A stretch of DNA of 63,635 nucleotides, filler included, from Octopus bimaculoides (GCF_001194135.2; 5 parts of 5 records of this genome joined end to end with filler, not necessarily neighbours in it); one strand, 5' to 3'; shown: positions 40,417 through 53,277, counted from the whole stretch's first letter. Notes: generated from the letters alone by a model not told the origin. Numbers and translations: made by a program.

Positions 40417-40848
40417 AGGCCTAGGAGTGGCTTTGTGGAAAGTATCTTGCTTACGAACTACATGGTTCCGGGTTCAGTCCCACTGTGTAGCACTTTGGGC
40501 AAGTGTCTTCTACCATAGCCTCGGGCCAACCAAAGCCTTGTGAGTGGATTTGGTAGACGGAAACTGAAAGAAGACCGTCGTATATATGTATATATATATA
40601 TATATATGTGTATGTGTATGTGTATGTGTGTATGTTTGTGTGTCTGTCTTTGTCCCCACCCCACCCAACATCGCTTGACAACCGATGATGGTGTGTTTAA
40701 GTTCCCGTAACTTAGCGGTTCGGCAAAAGAGACCGATAGAATAAGTACTAGGCTTACAAAGAATAAGTCCTGGGGTCGATTTCTCGGCTAAAGGCTGTGC
40801 CCCAGCATGGCCACAGCCAAATAGCTGAAACAAGTAAAAGAGTAAAAA
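40417..40848 (+). mobile_element. Full-length SINE with tRNA head, CORE-like segment, internal (TA)/(TG) microsatellite and 3' half
   Basis: Head with GGGTTCAGTCCC box B, then ctttgggcaagtgtcttct, the microsatellite at about 40580-40645, and a 3' part ending gtaaaagagtaaaa. Confidence 0.9.
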
Positions 40849-43800
40849 TACTCGGAAGTACAGCAAAAGGTCATATGTACTAGGAGATATTTTTTCTGAC
40901 TAATTCATAATTTTAACAACTATTTAGATTATATATACCGTTTGTCATTCCCTGTGGTACATCTGTACCCTCCATATTCGTTGTAAAGAGAACGAGCATA
41001 TAAGAGACCGACGGGCGTTTCTCTTTCAACATTCTGCTTATATTGAGACATTCTGTAACAGAATTATTACCAATGTCGAAAATATACCCGAATACATTTA
41101 ACGCTATTACTTTTCTTTCGAAGGTCGATGTCCCAACTGGCTTGACATTGGCTTTTATTCTTCTGGCCTTCGTTAAAAATAAATAATCACTAGTAAATAT
41201 AGGCGATTTAATCGATCTTACGATTAACAACTTTTCTGACCTTACGTTGAAATGGACAAATAATATTTTGGTTATACTTTTTGTATAAGTGTAATTGGAA
41301 GTTATAGTGAGTGATTTACTGTATTAACATGGCTCTGTGATGTGTAAATATGTGTTTGAATATGTCCCATATGGCCGTTTGTTTAATATGTGGATGCACA
41401 TTTCGATGTCTAGAATTTCAGATTGGATATATGCACCAATGTGATTCACTGCAGGTGTGGTGAAAACGGACATAAATACAGACACACACTCGCACAAACG
41501 CACACACAAACACACACATAAACACACATACATATGCAATTTTCCATCATTTTGCTTCTTTTTATTTGCTTAAGGCTCTAAACCTTACAGACTATAGAAA
41601 CATAAGTATATGTGTGTGTGTATGTGTGTGTATGTACGTATGTATGTATGTATATGTGTGTGTACGTTTGTGAGTGTGTGTGTGTGTGTGTGTACACATA
41701 TATGTAGTATGTGTAACTGTGGATGTTTTGGTAGGCATTTAATGTGAATACATTTTGAGTGTCTATATATGCGCGTTTACGTAAGTACGCATTGAGATAT
41801 ATATGTATATATATATATATGTGTGTTTGTGTGTGTGTGCGTGTGTGTGTGTGTGTGTATGTGTGTGTGTATGTGTGTGTGTATATAGTTGTGTGTAGCT
41901 TTATACGGGTATGTTTATGCATCTAATTAGATTTAAATTTGTCGGTTTTGGTGTCTACTATATATTCTTATACATCTCTTCACTTCCGTTTTTCACAACC
42001 AATATGACTTTTAGGCGTATCATAAATACCTTCGGAATAAAAAAAAATAATAGTTGAATCCAATTTCTACTAGCGAGAATGTATATTTCAAATCATAAGT
42101 TTCATTAACATTGTGGATATTCATGAACAACACAACCTCTACAATTACTTAAAATCTTGCTGATTATTTAGCACAAAGAGATGCTAGAAAATTGTCATGA
42201 ACCAACCTGTTATAAACAGCTTTGTTTTATACGCGGTAAAATATAATTGTGAATAATAGCTCAACTAGATGATAGTTTCGTGCTCAAGGAACTTATGCCT
42301 CTCTAACGTTACCAATATGTGAAGTAGTCAAACAATTTGAAAGTATACAGTCATTATATAGTTATATATTAAGTTATAGATCTCAGTATTATGATTGTAG
42401 CACAATAAATTCTTGAAGCATTAATGAAAATAAAATAGAGAAACGTTTCTTCGGTGCATATCATAGTCATGAACGTCACATCTTCTAAAACATCCATTAT
42501 ATAATGTGTTCTGTGTGTCGCTTGTCTTCTTAAAGGAAAACATTCTAACTCAGTTAATAATGAGTAAATCGTATGTATAAAAGAGATGGTGAAGTTGAAA
42601 GTTTAAGGGAAGTTCTGTCAACTGCAACTTGTGCTTGTAGATAAACTAGGATTCAGAACACTGACGTGTTATGTTGCTATTTAGTGATGAGTTTCTCTCA
42701 AAATTAGCAGCTTGCTGCACCCACTGGCAACGCTAGAGGGAAATATGACCATTGTCTATAATTAACAAAAGGTTCTCCTCTTGGGAGCAGGTTGTAGTTT
42801 GTTGTCCATAAAGGTCAAGTCCGCAGAAACTGACAGGCCGCTGGACATACATACACACATGCACATGTATGTATGTATATTTGTATGTGTTGGGGTATAT
42901 ACATGTGTGTGCGCGTGTGTAGGTATACATATAGATACGTACATTTATAGACAGAAAAAGTAATAGAGAAAGAAAGACAAATAGATTGTGGTTGAGATTG
43001 AATAAATGATCAGTTACCCTGGGATAAAGAATCCCAGTTGGCATTCTTCCAACCAGTGGGAACAACCCCTGGTAAAATGAAATAATGAGTCAGCGAGAAA
43101 AGGAATGGGAGGTATGGATAATACTGACCAGGATGACCTCAGTGAACTTTCTGCTTCTCTGCCAGATTGTTTATTTTAGTTGGTATTTACTGGTTTCTAC
43201 TAACAGACTTCGTACACTAAAGATGGACACTGCCCAAGTGTATACAATTCGGTTTGGTCGTTTTGGGAATTGTGTGTTAACTACAAATTGCTGGTCATAT
43301 GACAAAGAGTTAACTCTGAAACTGATTTCAATTCGTGTTAAAGGCACTTAAAAGGGGGTCAATATTACATGGTGTGTATTTAATGACACACGTCTCAGTC
43401 GTTTTGTCATTTGTCTTTTGTACATTTCCGCCATTGGGAGCAAGCGATCAGATTAATCTATGGATGCCCTTCACTCTTCTTCGTCCGTATATGCGAGCGC
43501 TTGGAAGGAACTGCATATATATGTGAGCATCTGTTTGCATGTGTTCGTTTGTGTAGATACATGTGTCTTTTCTGTGTACGTCTGTACTTGTGTATCAATA
43601 AATGAGTTTCTATGTATGTTTGCCTTTGAGCATTTGGGTATGATCATGCGTATGTATATGCGTGCATATGCATGTATATGCATCTATGTGCGTGTATATG
43701 CGTCTTGTGTGTGTATTTGTTTGTACAGGGATACTCAAGTTTCATTTAAATGAGACAATTTATTAGGCGAAAAAGTGACATTCTTTCTGTAAATACGTGC

Positions 43801-44059
43801 ACTACAGTAAAAGCATGTATATGTGTGCATTTGTCAGCCTGGCTGCCCCATAACTGTAACACATCCCGTAGCATGTGTACCTAAGATGTATGTATGCCTC
43901 TGTATAAACGAAGATTCGTAATAGTGCATGGGTTTGCGTATGTACATTATGTATGTGTGTGACTCTGTCCATATATACATCTAATTGTATTTCCATTCAG
44001 CATTTGTTTGCGTATATATAACACACTCCCTCTCCTTGCCTGCCTGCCTGTCTTTCTCT

Positions 44060-44133
<74 letters not shown>

Positions 44134-46404
44134 GGCTATCACTTTTAAAACTATGAAGAGAAAGAGTGTGTGAATATGTATGTGTGCGTGTTCGTGTAAA
44201 CGCATATCTTTATGTCCGTCAGTATGCGTCTGCATAGATTTGTGTGTGAGTAGCCAAGTAATTTCTCATTTAACAACATAAATAGAACGACAGCAATGCA
44301 AGTCTTGACACAAAAGGGGGTAAAAGAGAGGGGTAAGTAGGGGATTAATGAAACGTGGGTCAAGGAATGGTAATGGGGTGCTTATTTCAAGTCTTGAATA
44401 TCTGCTGCCCTCTGTCTCATACCTCAACTATTCCAATGAAGGTTTCATATTTGAAATATTATCAAGTAGCTTTCCATTAGATACTTCCAACACGGCTGAC
44501 GTTGTTTTTCCTGCGTTTATTTGCGTTTTCGATATTACTGTTGTTGTTGTTGTTGTTATTGTCGCTGCCGCCACCATCTTTGTTCCAGGTTATTGTTGTT
44601 GTTCTTGAAGATGGTGCATAGTTCTGATAGTGCTGCTGTGATTTTAGTTACGTTTCTGTTTTTATTTTTTATTTTTGGCTGTTCCTATTATTCTTCTGCT
44701 TATTGGTATTGTGGTTGAATGTCTGAGAGATGATTATGATGGATGGCACCTCTCGCTGCCAAATCACAAACATACACATTCACTCACACACACACACACA
44801 GATACGCACATATATACATACATATATATTCATACGCATGTGCATATATATATATATNNNNNNNNNNNNNNNNNNNNNNNNNNNNNNNNNNNNNNNNNNN
44901 NNNNNNNNNNNNNNNNNNNNNNNNNNNNNNNNNNNNNNNNNNNNNNNNNNNNNNNNNNNNNNNNNNNNNNNNNNNNNNNNNNNNNNNNNNNNNNNNNNNN
45001 NNNNNNNNNNNNNNNNNNNNNNNNNNNNNNNNNNNNNNNNNNNNNNNNNNNNNNNNNNNNNNNNNNNNNNNNNNNNNNNNNNNNNNNNNNNNNNNNNNNN
45101 NNNNNNNNNNNNNNNNNNNNNNNNNNNNNNNNNNNNNNNNNNNNNNNNNNNNNNNNNNNNNNNNNNNNNNNNNNNNNNNNNNNNNNNNNNNNNNNNNNNN
45201 NNNNNNNNNNNNNNNNNNNNNNNNNNNNNNNNNNNNNNNNNNNNNNNNNNNNNNNNNNNNNNNNNNNNNNNNNNNNNNNNNNNNNNNNNNNNNNNNNNNN
45301 NNNNNNNNNNNNNNNNNNNNNNNNNNNNNNNNNNNNNNNNNNNNNNNNNNNNNNNNNNNNNNNNNNNNNNNNNNNNNNNNNNNNNNNNNNNNNNNNNNNN
45401 NNNNNNNNNNNNNNNNNNNNNNNNNNTATATATATATATATATGTATGTATGTATGTATATATATATATATATATATATACTTATCTCCCACACACACAT
45501 GTTTACTCATAAACACACATCTGTGTTACTTTATGTCTGCGCACGGGACCATGTGTGACTGCGCACGCGAGTATGGGCGTACGTATGCGCGTGAACGTCT
45601 TGTAACAAAGATTATCCGGGATTTCATAGATTATTTATCGGAGAATATATGTTTCTCAACCAATCCGAAAGTAACTTTCTTCAACGACGTCAGTATATCG
45701 ATAATACAAAATATAAACTTTACGGGAGCAGAAGTGCACGATCTTTACTCTAAGCCATAAGTTCCCGTTTAGAAAACAATCCGACAAGCGGGGCGTTTTA
45801 ATTTCCGGTGAAAGTTAATTTCGTCGCTTTCTTTGTTGTTGTTCAGCCCAGATCACATCTTATTAAGAAGACATTCCAGCCGTCACCATGCTCTATTTTA
45901 AGAGTAACAATCACTATGTCATCTAATGTGTTTTGTCCATATTTAGAGACAATATATTCAGATATGAGAGATAGATTGGATGTTAATTGTAATAGAACAC
46001 GTGTATATATAGTTGCAGATTTCTTGGTTTATTAATTTAGTTGACTGTAACTTATAAACCACCGGAAATGAATGACAATCACAACAATCCATTAACATTT
46101 ATTGGTTTGTAACACACACTGTTAAATAAAAAATTCATAACTAGTTTTGCTAATCCGCTTCGATTTATTAAGAGAATCGTGTTGTTAAAACAGAGCTGAA
46201 TGTACCAGATATGTTGTTAAACATCATCCTACGTTACCATTCAAATGATTGTACCTAAGACTACATTAGTATCCTCGTCCTTTTGTATGATGCTAACAAT
46301 ATTTGTTACAGCCCTTTCGTTTCAGTCTCCGGCAAGCCAAGCGCGAGCATACAGGCTTCCCAGTTTCTTAATTTTGTTTGCATATCTATATATATATATA
46401 TATA

Positions 46405-46625
46405 CCGGAGTAAGCACATGCAATGTGCAACAAGGTGGAAAAAAGAGTACTCAAATACCAGAGGTAGAGTAATATGCTTTATTTAAAAGCAGCAGAAATA
46501 TAACAAAAAAACCGTTACTCTGAGTTTCATGTTCCCGTTCATCGGGAACGTGAAACTCAGAGTAACGGTTTTTTTGTTATATTTCTGCTGCTTTTAAATA
46601 AAGCATATTACTCTACCTCTGGTAT
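46405..46625. mobile_element. (TA)n-adjacent PLE-type element end forming an 83-bp-arm palindrome centred on a hammerhead-like motif
   Basis: 46455-46537 pairs with 46543-46625 (one T.G mismatch, loop ttcat). The minus strand reads CCGATGA-ACG(GGAA)CAT-GAAA-CTCAGAG-TA-ACGG. Confidence 0.75.
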
Positions 46626-47747
46626 NNNNNNNNNNNNNNNNNNNNNNNNNNNNNNNNNNNNNNNNNNNNNNNNNNNNNNNNNNNNNNNNNNNNNNNNNNN
46701 NNNNNNNNNNNNNNNNNNNNNNNNNNNNNNNNNNNNNNNNNNNNNNNNNNNNNNNNNNNNNNNNNNNNNNNNNNNNNNNNNNNNNNNNNNNNNNNNNNNN
46801 NNNNNNNNNNNNNNNNNNNNNNNNNNNNNNNNNNNNNNNNNNNNNNNNNNNNNNNNNNNNNNNNNNNNNNNNNNNNNNNNNNNNNNNNNNNNNNNNNNNN
46901 NNNNNNNNNNNNNNNNNNNNNNNNNNNNNNNNNNNNNNNNNNNNNNNNNNNNNNNNNNNNNNNNNNNNNNNNNNNNNNNNNNNNNNNNNNNNNNNNNNNN
47001 NNNNNNNNNNNNNNNNNNNNNNNNNNNNNNNNNNNNNNNNNNNNNNNNNNNNNNNNNNNNNNNNNNNNNNNNNNNNNNNNNNNNNNNNNNNNNNATATAT
47101 ACACACACACACACAGAATGTGAGAATGAGAGAGACATATGTGCGAGTACACAGTTACTTAAGTTAATGCCAGTGATTGAGTAAATCCACTTCTTTTTGC
47201 CAATCATTAATTTGTATTACGCTTTATAAAGGCAACGACCTGGCAGAATTGTTATTACGCCGAGCATCATGCTTAGCAGCATTTCCGTCGTTATGTTCTG
47301 CATAATTACTGTAGATGGTGATAGTGTTTATTCAAATTGTTTAAACGTATATTTTATCACGTGTGGGTATCTAAGATATATAATTACATTGTTATATGAT
47401 TGGTAGTATATCAGTAAGTTAGTAAACTAGGAGACTTCAATCAACGCTGGACTACATGCCTTGCAAAATGTTACCTTCTTTCTTTTTGTTTTCTTCTCAT
47501 TTTGACCCTGATATTCATAATGAGATTATCACTAGTACTTATGTCTGTATATTAAACATCTTCAAAACGTTCAGCTCAATTCACTTGACTCTAATCAAAC
47601 AGAATATTGGTTTGCTGCCAAAATAATGTATTGATTTATTAAATTTATTCAGATGAATCTCCATTAAAAACTGTTGAAACGAAATACTAATGAAATAACA
47701 TACATCTCATTATACCTACATGATTCCTAATTATTAATCGCAGAATC

Positions 47748-47801
<54 letters not shown>

Positions 47802-48413
47802 AGTGTTTCCTGGTGTGTGTATGACTGCATGATTGTATATATATATATATANNNNNNNNNNNNNNNNNNNNNNNNNNNNNNNNNNNNNNNNNNNNNNNNN
47901 NNNNNNNNNNNNNNNNNNNNNNNNNNNNNNNNNNNNNNNNNNNNNNNNNNNNNNNNNNNNNNNNNNNNNNNNNNNNNNNNNNNNNNNNNNNNNNNNNNNN
48001 NNNNNNNNNNNNNNNNNNNNNNNNNNNNNNNNNNNNNNNNNNNNNNNNNNNNNNNNNNNNNNNNNNNNNNNNNNNNNNNNNNNNNNNNNNNNNNNNNNNN
48101 NNNNNNNNNNNNNNNNNNNNNNNNNNNNNNNNNNNNNNNNNNNNNNNNNNNNNNNNNNNNNNNNNNNNNNNNNNNNNNNNNNNNNNNNNNNNNNNNNNNN
48201 NNNNNNNNNNNNNNNNNNNNNNNNNNNNNNNNNNNNNNNNNNNNNNNNNNNNNNNNNNNNNNNNNNNNNNNNNNNNNNNNNNNNNNNNNNNNNNNNNNNN
48301 NNNNNNNNNNNNNNNNNNNNNNNNNNNNNNNNNNNNNNNNNNNNNNNNNNNNNNNNNNNNNNNNNNNNNNNNNNNNNNNNNNNNNNNNNNNNNNNNNNNN
48401 NNNNNNNNNNNNN

Positions 48414-48450
<37 letters not shown>

Positions 48451-48477
48451 TACATATATATATATATACATACATAT

Positions 48478-48508
<31 letters not shown>

Positions 48509-49198
48509 CATACATACATACGTATATTTAATATATATATGTATGTATGTATGTCGGTGTAAACTTTTCTACAAAACGCACAAAACTTTTTCTCGTTTAT
48601 TGAATTGCGAGATCTATTGTTCTTGCATATTGGTTTATCACGCATTTTTGTCTGCCTTCTAGAAGACATTAAAACAAATGTTATATAGTGCTTCACAATA
48701 TGCACTTCTAAAAGTTGTTAACGCACAGACTTCCATTTAGAATCTAAAACAGCTGCCTTATCAATTCCATAACTAAATATATCGGAAATTTAAAAAGCTA
48801 CTAAACTATATTATTAAAATATTGATTTGTCTCTTAAAGAACTGCCAGATCCACTATATTAATGGTTACAATATCTGTAATATCTGTCTCTCAGAGAAGT
48901 ATAATTTTCTCTAACAGATTTTGCAATTTTGCGAAAGATCAGAATCGTTGAATTGTTGCAGACACCTCAATAGCTATTTATTAATTCCGAGATTTCCAAA
49001 AACCAACTGGTAAGTATATATTATTCCTGGCATAATAGACACCACTTACAAAAATGATTATATATCATTTAAAAACTTCAGCATAATATTTATCAACATT
49101 GAAATTTCAGCACTAATTCACATCTTAACTTGCTTACGTGTGTTTTATATACAAGAGGTAACTTTTATATACATTACTTATGATATATATATATATGT

Positions 49199-49517
49199 GT
49201 GGACAGCTGGTTGCCACCTTTCTCTGTCTGGAGTAGACTGCTCCCAAGTTGCATGGTCGATGTTGAATGCTTTCAGTGAGGCTTTAGACAGAAAGGTGGC
49301 GATCAGCGGTCCACAAGGGTGCCAACACATGCGAGACCAATAGGATCGCTGCTGCAGAAGACCGCAGACAAGCCAGGAAAAACAGAGCTAACAACCCTGT
49401 AGCAGGCGTTACCGTTCCCTGTCCACACTGTCAAAGACTCTTTCAGGTGAAGATTGGTCTCACTAGCCATCTGCGGACTCGCAAAACAAGTCCGCCCCCA
49501 CCCCTGGATGACTAGAT
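49199..49517 (+). mobile_element. RTE (BovB-like) LINE 3' end with 5' inversion
   Basis: 49287 onward encodes RWRSAVHKGANTCETNRIAAAEDRRQARKNRANNPVAGVTVPCPHCQRLFQVKIGLTSHLRTRK...*. 49199-49286 is the upstream part in inverted orientation (KASLKAFNIDHATWEQSTPDRERWQPAVH). Confidence 0.88.
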
Positions 49518-49561
49518 NNNNNNNNNNNNNNNNNNNNNNNNNNNNNNNNNNNNNNNNNNNN

Positions 49562-49573
49562 TTAATTAATTAA
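49562..49573. other. Artificial scaffolding linker TTAATTAATTAA
   Basis: Same 12-mer within paired N-runs. Confidence 0.9.
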
Positions 49574-49880
49574 NNNNNNNNNNNNNNNNNNNNNNNNNNN
49601 NNNNNNNNNNNNNNNNNCTCTCTTTCTCTCTCTCTCACACACACATACATTCTTCTTCTTCTCTGTCTCTCTCTCTCTCTGTCTCTCTCTCTCTCTGTCT
49701 CTCTCTCTCTCTGTCTCTCTCTGTCTCTCTCTCTCTCTGTCTCTCTCTCTCTCTGTCTCTCTCTCTCTGTCTCTCTCTCTCTCTGTCTCTCTCTCTCTCT
49801 CTTTCTCTCTCTCCAACTCACACACACACACACACACACACAATGTACTCACTGTCTCTCTCTTACTTTTCTCTCTGCAG

Positions 49881-50085
49881 ACAATGACAATGCCGCCCTG
49901 GGACAACTGGGGCGTGGACGTGTTCTACATGAAAACCCTCTCCCCACCAATCACTGTGCCAACCACGACCACGACCACCACCACTACCACCACCACCACC
50001 ACTGTTGCCACGACTACACTCAATCCCCCTAACTTCAACTCCAGTAAAATCTACATTCCTGCCATGGCAGATGACATGACCATAG
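49881..50085 (+). CDS. Coding exon: extracellular region with poly-Thr mucin-like stalk (TMTMPPWDNWGVDVFYMKTLSPPITVP-T14-VATTTLNPPNFNSSKIYIPAMADDMTI)
   Basis: Pyrimidine tract ttactttt ctctctgcag acceptor and donor G/gtaagt. It is 205 nt, phase 0 to 1, and only one frame is open. Confidence 0.85.
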
Positions 50086-51066
50086 GTAAGTAGAATTGCA
50101 ATTCAGGTGTGTTTCTGTCTGTGTGTCTTTTCTTTTGTAGCCCAGGGGCACATCGATGTTTTGTTGCATCATCTTATCGAGCGGGTTTCTTCACCAACTT
50201 GTTCTTGGCCCCAAAAGTTGACCTTAACGAGGTTCAGCGGGACACACACAGATTTATGAGTGTAAATAGATATTGGCTTGACCAGGTATAACAACACAGA
50301 TTATTATGTCACATGATGAAGCAAGCATCACTACCATCATATATGCGTGTGTGCATATACATACATACACAAATACATACATATATATATATTCGAAATG
50401 TCTAGTTAGAATAGAGACAGCTGATGAAGGGATATTCCAAGTGGCTTTCCGTTTTCCTATGTGTTCGTTCCGTTGTCTGTAGTTCATTGTTCTAACGTCC
50501 TGTACCCTGATATGCATATATATACACATGTAGATGTAAGTATGTACATATATGTGTGTATACATGTATATATATTCTTTGTATTATATATATATATATA
50601 TATATATTGATTACAAAAATTAGAAATGATCACACACACACACACTCACTCCCTGGCCTCTTTTGCTATAATCATCATCATNNNNNNNNNNNNNNNNNNN
50701 NNNNNNNNNNNNNNNNNNNNNNNNNNNNNNNNNNNNNNNNNNNNNNNNNNNNNNNNNNNNNNNNNNNNNNNNNNNNNNNNNNNNNNNNNNNNNNNNNNNN
50801 NNNNNNNNNNNNNNNNNNNNNNNNNNNNNNNNNNNNNNNNNNNNNNNNNNNNNNNNNNNNNNNNNNNNNNNNNNNNNNNNNNNNNNNNNNNNNNNNNNNN
50901 NNNNNNNNNNNNNNNNNNNNNNNNNNNNNNNNNNNNNNNNNNNNNNNNNNNNNNNNNNNNNNNNNNNNNNNNNNNNNNNNNNNNNNNNNNNNNNNNNNAC
51001 CACCACCACCACCACCTCCACCATTTCCACTTCATTGTTATATCTGTTGTTGTTGTTGTTTTTCAG

Positions 51067-51309
51067 TGCTTATAGTCGGACTAGTGATCACAGCCGTACT
51101 GCTACTGACCATCGTCGGAATCCTGCTGATGTGTTTCCTGAAGAAAGGTGACCGCTATCCGTTAGGCAAGGGCGAAGATGTTGAGCTGAAGGAGCCGTTG
51201 CACCCGGTGGGCAATCACACCCCGTCCAGTCCTGCCCCGGTCAGCAACCACAATAATCACATGGCCACATTTGATGAGTTTAGTATGATCACGACCCTCC
51301 TAAACAACG
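51067..51309 (+). CDS. Coding exon: transmembrane helix and cytoplasmic juxtamembrane region (VLIVGLVITAVLLLTIVGILLMCF-LKKGDRYPLGKGEDVELKEPLH...FDEFSMITTLLNN)
   Basis: Acceptor tttttcag and donor G/gtgagt. It is 243 nt, phase 1 to 1, with about 24 hydrophobic residues followed by KK stop-transfer. GC content is higher than the flanks. Confidence 0.88.
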
Positions 51310-51433
51310 GTGAGTTCAAACCCCAGCTCTTTCTGTTTTTTTCATTTCTTCGTGACCCCATTTCCTGCCTTTCACACACATGCCTGCATGTGTCTCTTTG
51401 TTCCTACATGTGATTATTGCCATGTTGCACATG

Positions 51434-51743
51434 CAAGTGAGTGGCTTAGTGGTTCGGGTGTTCGGCTCATGATCACAGGTCATGTGTTCAATTTTTGGCA
51501 ACGCATTCTGTCCTTTGAGCAAGTCTCTTTATTTCACAATGCTCTCGTCCATTCAGATGGCAGACATGAGCAGTGCTTGTCTTTCAAAGGGGCCAGCCTT
51601 ATCACATTCTGTGTCTTGCTGAATCGCTCTCAGGGTACACATGTCCGTAGAGTACTCAGCCACTTGCATGTTAATTTCACAAGCAGGCTGTTCCATCGAT
51701 CGGATCAACTTGGTCCCTAGTCGTGGTAACCGACAGAGTGCCA
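51434..51743 (+). mobile_element. tRNA SINE with CORE-like centre and the 29007-family tail (intronic)
   Basis: gtggcttagtggtt head, ctttgagcaagtctctttatttcac centre and ttaatttcacaagcaggctgttcc...gatcggatcaact...accgacagagtgcca tail. Confidence 0.85.
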
Positions 51744-51914
51744 GTGTGTGTCTGTGTGAGAGAGAGAGAGAAAGTGTGTCAGGAGTTTGATTCTGGGCAA
51801 TGCATTGAGTACTTGAGCAAGTCACTTTATTTCATATAAAATCCTTTTTTCAGTCTTTGGAGAAATATCAAAATTAGTTCCGTTTATAAAATCTGCTGTG
51901 TAAAAAAAAGCTAA

Positions 51915-52230
51915 TGACCTTGGGATTGCCCCTAGAAAGATCCCCTGAGAGGAACAAGTCGAGCCAAGGTTGTTTATGGAAGACCAGCAGTGACCAATGC
52001 TTACCAGCCTCCCCTCTCCACACCATCGATGTTATCCAAGGGAAAGGCAAAGGGGCCAATACAGTTTGGCACCAGTGATGTCACAACTCATTTCTACAGC
52101 TGAGTGAACTGGAGCAACATGAAATAGAGTGTCTTGCTCAAGAACACAACACAACACGCAGCTCAATGCAGGAATCGAACTCACAACCTCATGGTTGTGG
52201 ACCTGGTGTTCTAACCACTGAGCCATGCAC
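51915..52230 (-). mobile_element. tRNA SINE with CORE-like centre and a different 3' tail (intronic)
   Basis: The minus strand reads tggctcagtggttag (box A), gagttcgattcc (box B) and gtgttcttgagcaagacactctatttcatgttgctccagttcactcagctgtagaaatgagt. Confidence 0.85.
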
Positions 52231-52239
52231 CTCCAATAT

Positions 52240-52826
52240 TCTGTCACCACCACCACCACTTTCACTCCACCACACTATGCTGTTGTTGTTGCATTACCAC
52301 CACCACCACTGCCAATACTACACTGCTATAACCAATGCACTACCATTGCAACTTAACCACAGCACTCGCCCAAACTACACCACTTAACTACTGCCTTTAC
52401 ATTGTCTTCAGTTCCCCAACTGTATCCAACACGGGGACAATAACCATCAGCCCCACTACACTGCCACCCTAACTACAACCACCACTACACTCACATACCC
52501 TTATCACAACTATCACTACTACACAAGAACCACCACTACTGCTGTTACTACTACTACTACTACCGTAACTACTACCACCACCACCACAACCATCACTACT
52601 ATCACCACCATTCCTACCACAACCACCACCAATACTATCAGTACTACCACCACCACTGCCACACAACCACTACGACTACTACTACTACTACTACCCATTG
52701 CCACTACTACCACCTCTACCACAACCACTTCTACTACCATCACTACTACTACTACTACCACCACTGCTGCTAGTATCACCACTACCACTACCACCACTAC
52801 CACCACCACCACCACCACTACTACTA
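52240..52826 (+). repeat. Degenerate (ACC/ACT)n trinucleotide array (intronic)
   Basis: accactactaccacc-type low complexity sequence with frame-breaking interruptions. Confidence 0.9.
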
Positions 52827-52847
52827 CATGACTATTTCCTATTCCAG

Positions 52848-52912
52848 GGGTAGACATACCAGCGAAAGACAACAGCTACGACCCAGCCAACAGAATCTCC
52901 ACCTCCAGTATA
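52848..52912 (+). CDS. Coding exon: cytoplasmic tail (GVDIPAKDNSYDPANRISTSSI)
   Basis: Acceptor tatttcctattccag and donor ATA/gtaagt. It is 65 nt, phase 1 to 0, and in frame with the previous exon. Confidence 0.75.
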
Positions 52913-53277
52913 GTAAGTACCACTCCTATTTATTTCTACCACATCCTGCTCACCATCCACACCAATATATTCGCCTCACCCTCATTCTATCTCTTCTACC
53001 CCAACACTGTGCTGCTACCCATGTGTATCTACTCTACCTCCCCCCCCCCCAACTCACACTCTTACTTTAACTCGACCACACCTTATTCACTTCTTTCCCC
53101 ATTACTCTGCCTCGACTCACAATCTTACCTTTACTCTGCGTTACCCCCCTGGGTACCTCTTACGCACTTAAATCTCCTCTACACCGCTTCGTACTAGGTC
53201 TGTCCACCTTATCTAATTCTACCTTACCTCACCTCATAATCTTCCCTCCACTCTGCATTACCCCTGGGTACCTCTTA

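Noticed and set aside
40913-41230. 105-aa non-repetitive minus-strand ORF
   Set aside because: No domain-like motif or splice signals, and the opposite strand is similarly open; treated as a chance ORF.
48918-49009. Exon-like segment with good acceptor and donor
   Set aside because: It is 92 nt long; the only open frame ends in phase 2 and cannot join the phase 0 exon at 49881.
52240-52826. Thr/Val-rich ORFs suggesting a mucin exon
   Set aside because: It lies downstream of the transmembrane exon, is frame-interrupted, has no flanking splice pair and ends before the true acceptor at 52847.
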